From positions 137,127 through 201,126 of the forward strand of contig NZ_JAVAMO010000007.1 of the NCBI RefSeq assembly GCF_030758345.1: 64,000 bases of DNA. The letters run 5' to 3'. Numbering within the stretch: the stretch's first letter is position 1; every line of letters starts with the position of its first letter. This document shows, piece after piece, positions 62,069-64,000 of this stretch. A program made the position numbers and the translations under genes. Source of the DNA: Ruegeria sp. 2205SS24-7 (GTDB lineage Bacteria > Pseudomonadota > Alphaproteobacteria > Rhodobacterales > Rhodobacteraceae). The notes below the pieces were generated by a model that saw nothing but the letters and a program-made list of their open reading frames with translations, had not been told where the DNA came from and did no database searches.

Positions 62069-63397
62069 CTAGGGTTTGGGATTGGGTGTTGCGCCAGTGG
62101 CCGCAGACCCGTCCGATTGCACCACTGCGGGTGTTTGCTGCCCCGATCCGGGTTCTTCTTGAGGTTTGTCTGCATGCATCGGCGGTTCCTGCTGCAGCCC
62201 TTCCTGCTCAGCCGCGAAGCTCTCATGCCCCGCATCCCGGGGTTCGGATGTGATCAGTTGCGGCTGGGTCGTCGCCACAGCCCCGGACGATACGCTCTCG
62301 CCCACCCCGTCCGGCGTCGCAATCGCACCTGAATGCTGGAGACGGTAGGGGTCTGGTTGTATGGCGTTGGTGGATTGTGTCTCGGTCAGGGCAGCGTTTT
62401 GGTTCAGCGGCACGGTGATGTCTTCCAGCGTTTCACTCCGGCCTCTTGTTCCGCTGCCTTCAAACTCACCAGTATTCAGGATCACAGGAAGCCCGTCCGA
62501 ACCGCCCATAACAATGATTTTTGAATTATCCGAGGTCGAAATGGCCAGAGTGGCGTCGATCCCTCGCAGGCGTAGATACTCATCGGTGATCGTACCTGAT
62601 ACGATCTCCTGAAACTCACGAATGCCCGTCGCCTCAATATTCTTGCGCTGGCGCTCCAGTTCCTCGCGCTCAATCCGGAAATCATATTCGAGCATGACAT
62701 GGTATTGCTGCGTCTTGCGTTCGATTGCCTCGACGACGGAATCCGGCAACGCGACGGAACGAATCAACGTGTCCTCCACATAGACAAGCTGTCCCGACGG
62801 GCTTTGCGAAATCAGGGACGATCCCAGCTGAGTGACCATGCGTTCCAGTATCTGCGCCTGAATGAATGCCCGGGCGTCAGTATAGAGCTGCTCCGGCGTA
62901 TAGCGCGAGATCACCTCGCGGGCGTTCGAACCGATCTCAGGGTTCAAGAGCACGTTGGGATAGTTCGGGCCGATTTCCTTGTGCAGGGTGCCCACGGAGC
63001 TTCGATTGATGCGATAGCGCGTCGCAATCTCGACCTGCATGCTCAGCCCGTTGGACGAAATAGTATCGTAGGAATGCACAATGGTGCGCAATCGCGCATC
63101 GTAGATATAGGCTCTGTCCCACGGAAAGATCAGGTGAATGCCTTCGGCCATGTATTCGGTGGTAACAGTGCCGCCGAAGAATCGTTTCCAAAGCACGCCG
63201 ACATGCCCCGCAGGCACGTTCACGATCGCCCTGGGAAGGGCGAGTGCCACAAGAAAGACAATGATCAGGAGTGTCAGGCCGATCGAAAAGGCGTGACGCC
63301 TGCGCCAGAACCGGACCCGGAGGCCAAGCCTGCGCCAACGCGATGCCGCCTCGATTTCATCATCATCAGCGGACGCCGCGCCTGCTTTCTGAGTCAT
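62069..63397 (-). CDS. SPFH/band-7 (prohibitin/HflK/C-like) membrane protein with a disordered Gln/Pro/Glu-rich C-terminal tail.
   Basis: N-terminal TM helix IGLTLLIIVFLVALAL followed by VNVPAGHVGVLWKRFFGGTVTTEYMAEGIHLIFPWDRAYIYDARLRTI, the SPFH core. Coiled-coil region EYDFRIEREELERQRKNIEA. Confidence 0.75.
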   Translation of the reverse strand: MTQKAGAASADDDEIEAASRWRRLGLRVRFWRRRHAFSIGLTLLIIVFLVALALPRAIVNVPAGHVGVLWKRFFGGTVTTEYMAEGIHLIFPWDRAYIYDARLRTIVHSYDTISSNGLSMQVEIATRYRINRSSVGTLHKEIGPNYPNVLLNPEIGSNAREVISRYTPEQLYTDARAFIQAQILERMVTQLGSSLISQSPSGQLVYVEDTLIRSVALPDSVVEAIERKTQQYHVMLEYDFRIEREELERQRKNIEATGIREFQEIVSGTITDEYLRLRGIDATLAISTSDNSKIIVMGGSDGLPVILNTGEFEGSGTRGRSETLEDITVPLNQNAALTETQSTNAIQPDPYRLQHSGAIATPDGVGESVSSGAVATTQPQLITSEPRDAGHESFAAEQEGLQQEPPMHADKPQEEPGSGQQTPAVVQSDGSAATGATPNPKP

Positions 63398-63416
63398 ATA
63401 GCCCGACCTCGTGCAA

Positions 63417-63752
63417 CTATTTCGACTTTGCCGCGCTACGACGATTCAGTCGCATCTCTTCTCGATCCAGCTTGCCCTGCTCAATCATCAGGCGGGCGCG
63501 CTTATTCGGACGTATCAGAACCAAAAGAATGAGTGCTATGATCGGGCTGAGCACGACGGCAATCAGGAAAATGCCAATGAAACCCGCTGCGGTTTCGCGG
63601 CCAAGCAAGCCAACGACCGCTGCCGCAAAAAGATAAAGCACGATGGCTGCATACATAAGCACTTCCTCGGGCAGTCGCTGTGAAAGCCAACCGAGAGCGA
63701 CGCTTTCGCCGTTCTGCCTGTTTGTCTTAGCAAAATCTCCAGGCAGTGCCAA
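63417..63752 (-). CDS. Small two-TM membrane protein, hypothetical, immediately upstream of the SPFH gene.
   Basis: 111 aa with hydrophobic helices MYAAIVLYLFAAAVVGLLG and FIGIFLIAVVLSPIIALILLVLI. The position is typical of SPFH partner (NfeD-like) proteins. The true start may be internal. Confidence 0.35.
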   Translation of the reverse strand: MALPGDFAKTNRQNGESVALGWLSQRLPEEVLMYAAIVLYLFAAAVVGLLGRETAAGFIGIFLIAVVLSPIIALILLVLIRPNKRARLMIEQGKLDREEMRLNRRSAAKSK

Positions 63753-63916
63753 TAATATTCCCGTTTGAGGCGATCCTGAGCAGCTTTTGACACCTCAACC
63801 TTATTTGCCGAGCGACGGGTTTTGAGTCCGTTACTGAGCTCAACGGGAGAGGGCCCTTTCGCGGTCAGCTTTTGGTTGTTATCCTCGCACAGAGGCTTTC
63901 ATCGCGGTTTCCCAGT

Positions 63917-64000
63917 ATGACTGAAGAAGAGCTGGTTCTGGAAGAACTTGCTGAGCTTCTAGACGCTCAGAACATCGACACGTCCTCGGACTTTTTTGCT
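63917..64000 (+). CDS. 5' end of an ORF that runs off the 3' window edge (MTEEELVLEELAELLDAQNIDTSSDFFA...). Function unknown.
   Basis: ATG at 63917 with an open frame to the window end. The sequence is too short to classify. Confidence 0.2.
   Translation, partial: MTEEELVLEELAELLDAQNIDTSSDFFA

Noticed and set aside
1-64000. CRISPR arrays, tRNA/rRNA genes, prophage or integrase signatures
   Set aside because: No direct-repeat/spacer periodicity, no tRNA-like cloverleaf candidates and no rRNA-like conserved stretches were seen. The only mobile signature is the IS6 remnant.

Overview
This is a high-GC bacterial window; the genetic context (IS6 remnant, NodT-type lipoprotein, TAXI-like SBP) is consistent with a proteobacterium, but no taxon can be assigned from sequence alone. 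It is dominated by one ~45 kb plus-strand hybrid FAAL-PKS/NRPS lipopeptide assembly line of four co-directional, closely spaced genes (12014-57415). Gene 1 is FAAL-ACP-KS-AT-KR-ACP. Gene 2 (7549 aa) is KS-AT-cMT-ACP-aminotransferase followed by six NRPS modules and a terminal C domain. Gene 3 is a stand-alone module: truncated C, an A domain interrupted by a PRMT-like methyltransferase, PCP and E. Gene 4 is (C-A-PCP)x3-E-TE. All domain calls rest on conserved core motifs read directly in the translated ORFs; no database search was run. The predicted product is a cyclic lipopeptide built on an alpha-methyl beta-amino fatty acid with D-residues at the E-domain positions. Three features of the assembly line look unusual. 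Three modules in gene 2 have lost their adenylation domains to different degrees (a ~320 aa motif-less remnant, a ~85 aa remnant, none). The first condensation domain has HPxxxDG in place of HHxxxDG. A complete protein-arginine-methyltransferase-like fold is inserted between A8 and A9/A10 of the gene 3 A domain. Upstream, on the minus strand, lie an Sfp-type PPTase, a type II thioesterase, a hypothetical protein, an MFP-RND-OMF efflux operon and a JmjC/cupin oxygenase. Next to these is an IS6-family transposase remnant, and at the 5' window edge a partial reverse-transcriptase gene of unclear class (retron/defence-like; no maturase seen). Downstream of the assembly line, on the minus strand, are a periplasmic solute-binding protein, two tandem SyrD/PvdE-like half-ABC exporters, an SPFH/band-7 protein and a small membrane protein. 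No rRNA, tRNA or CRISPR array was seen. Many antisense ORFs in the supplied track inside the megasynthase genes are rejected as high-GC artefacts.
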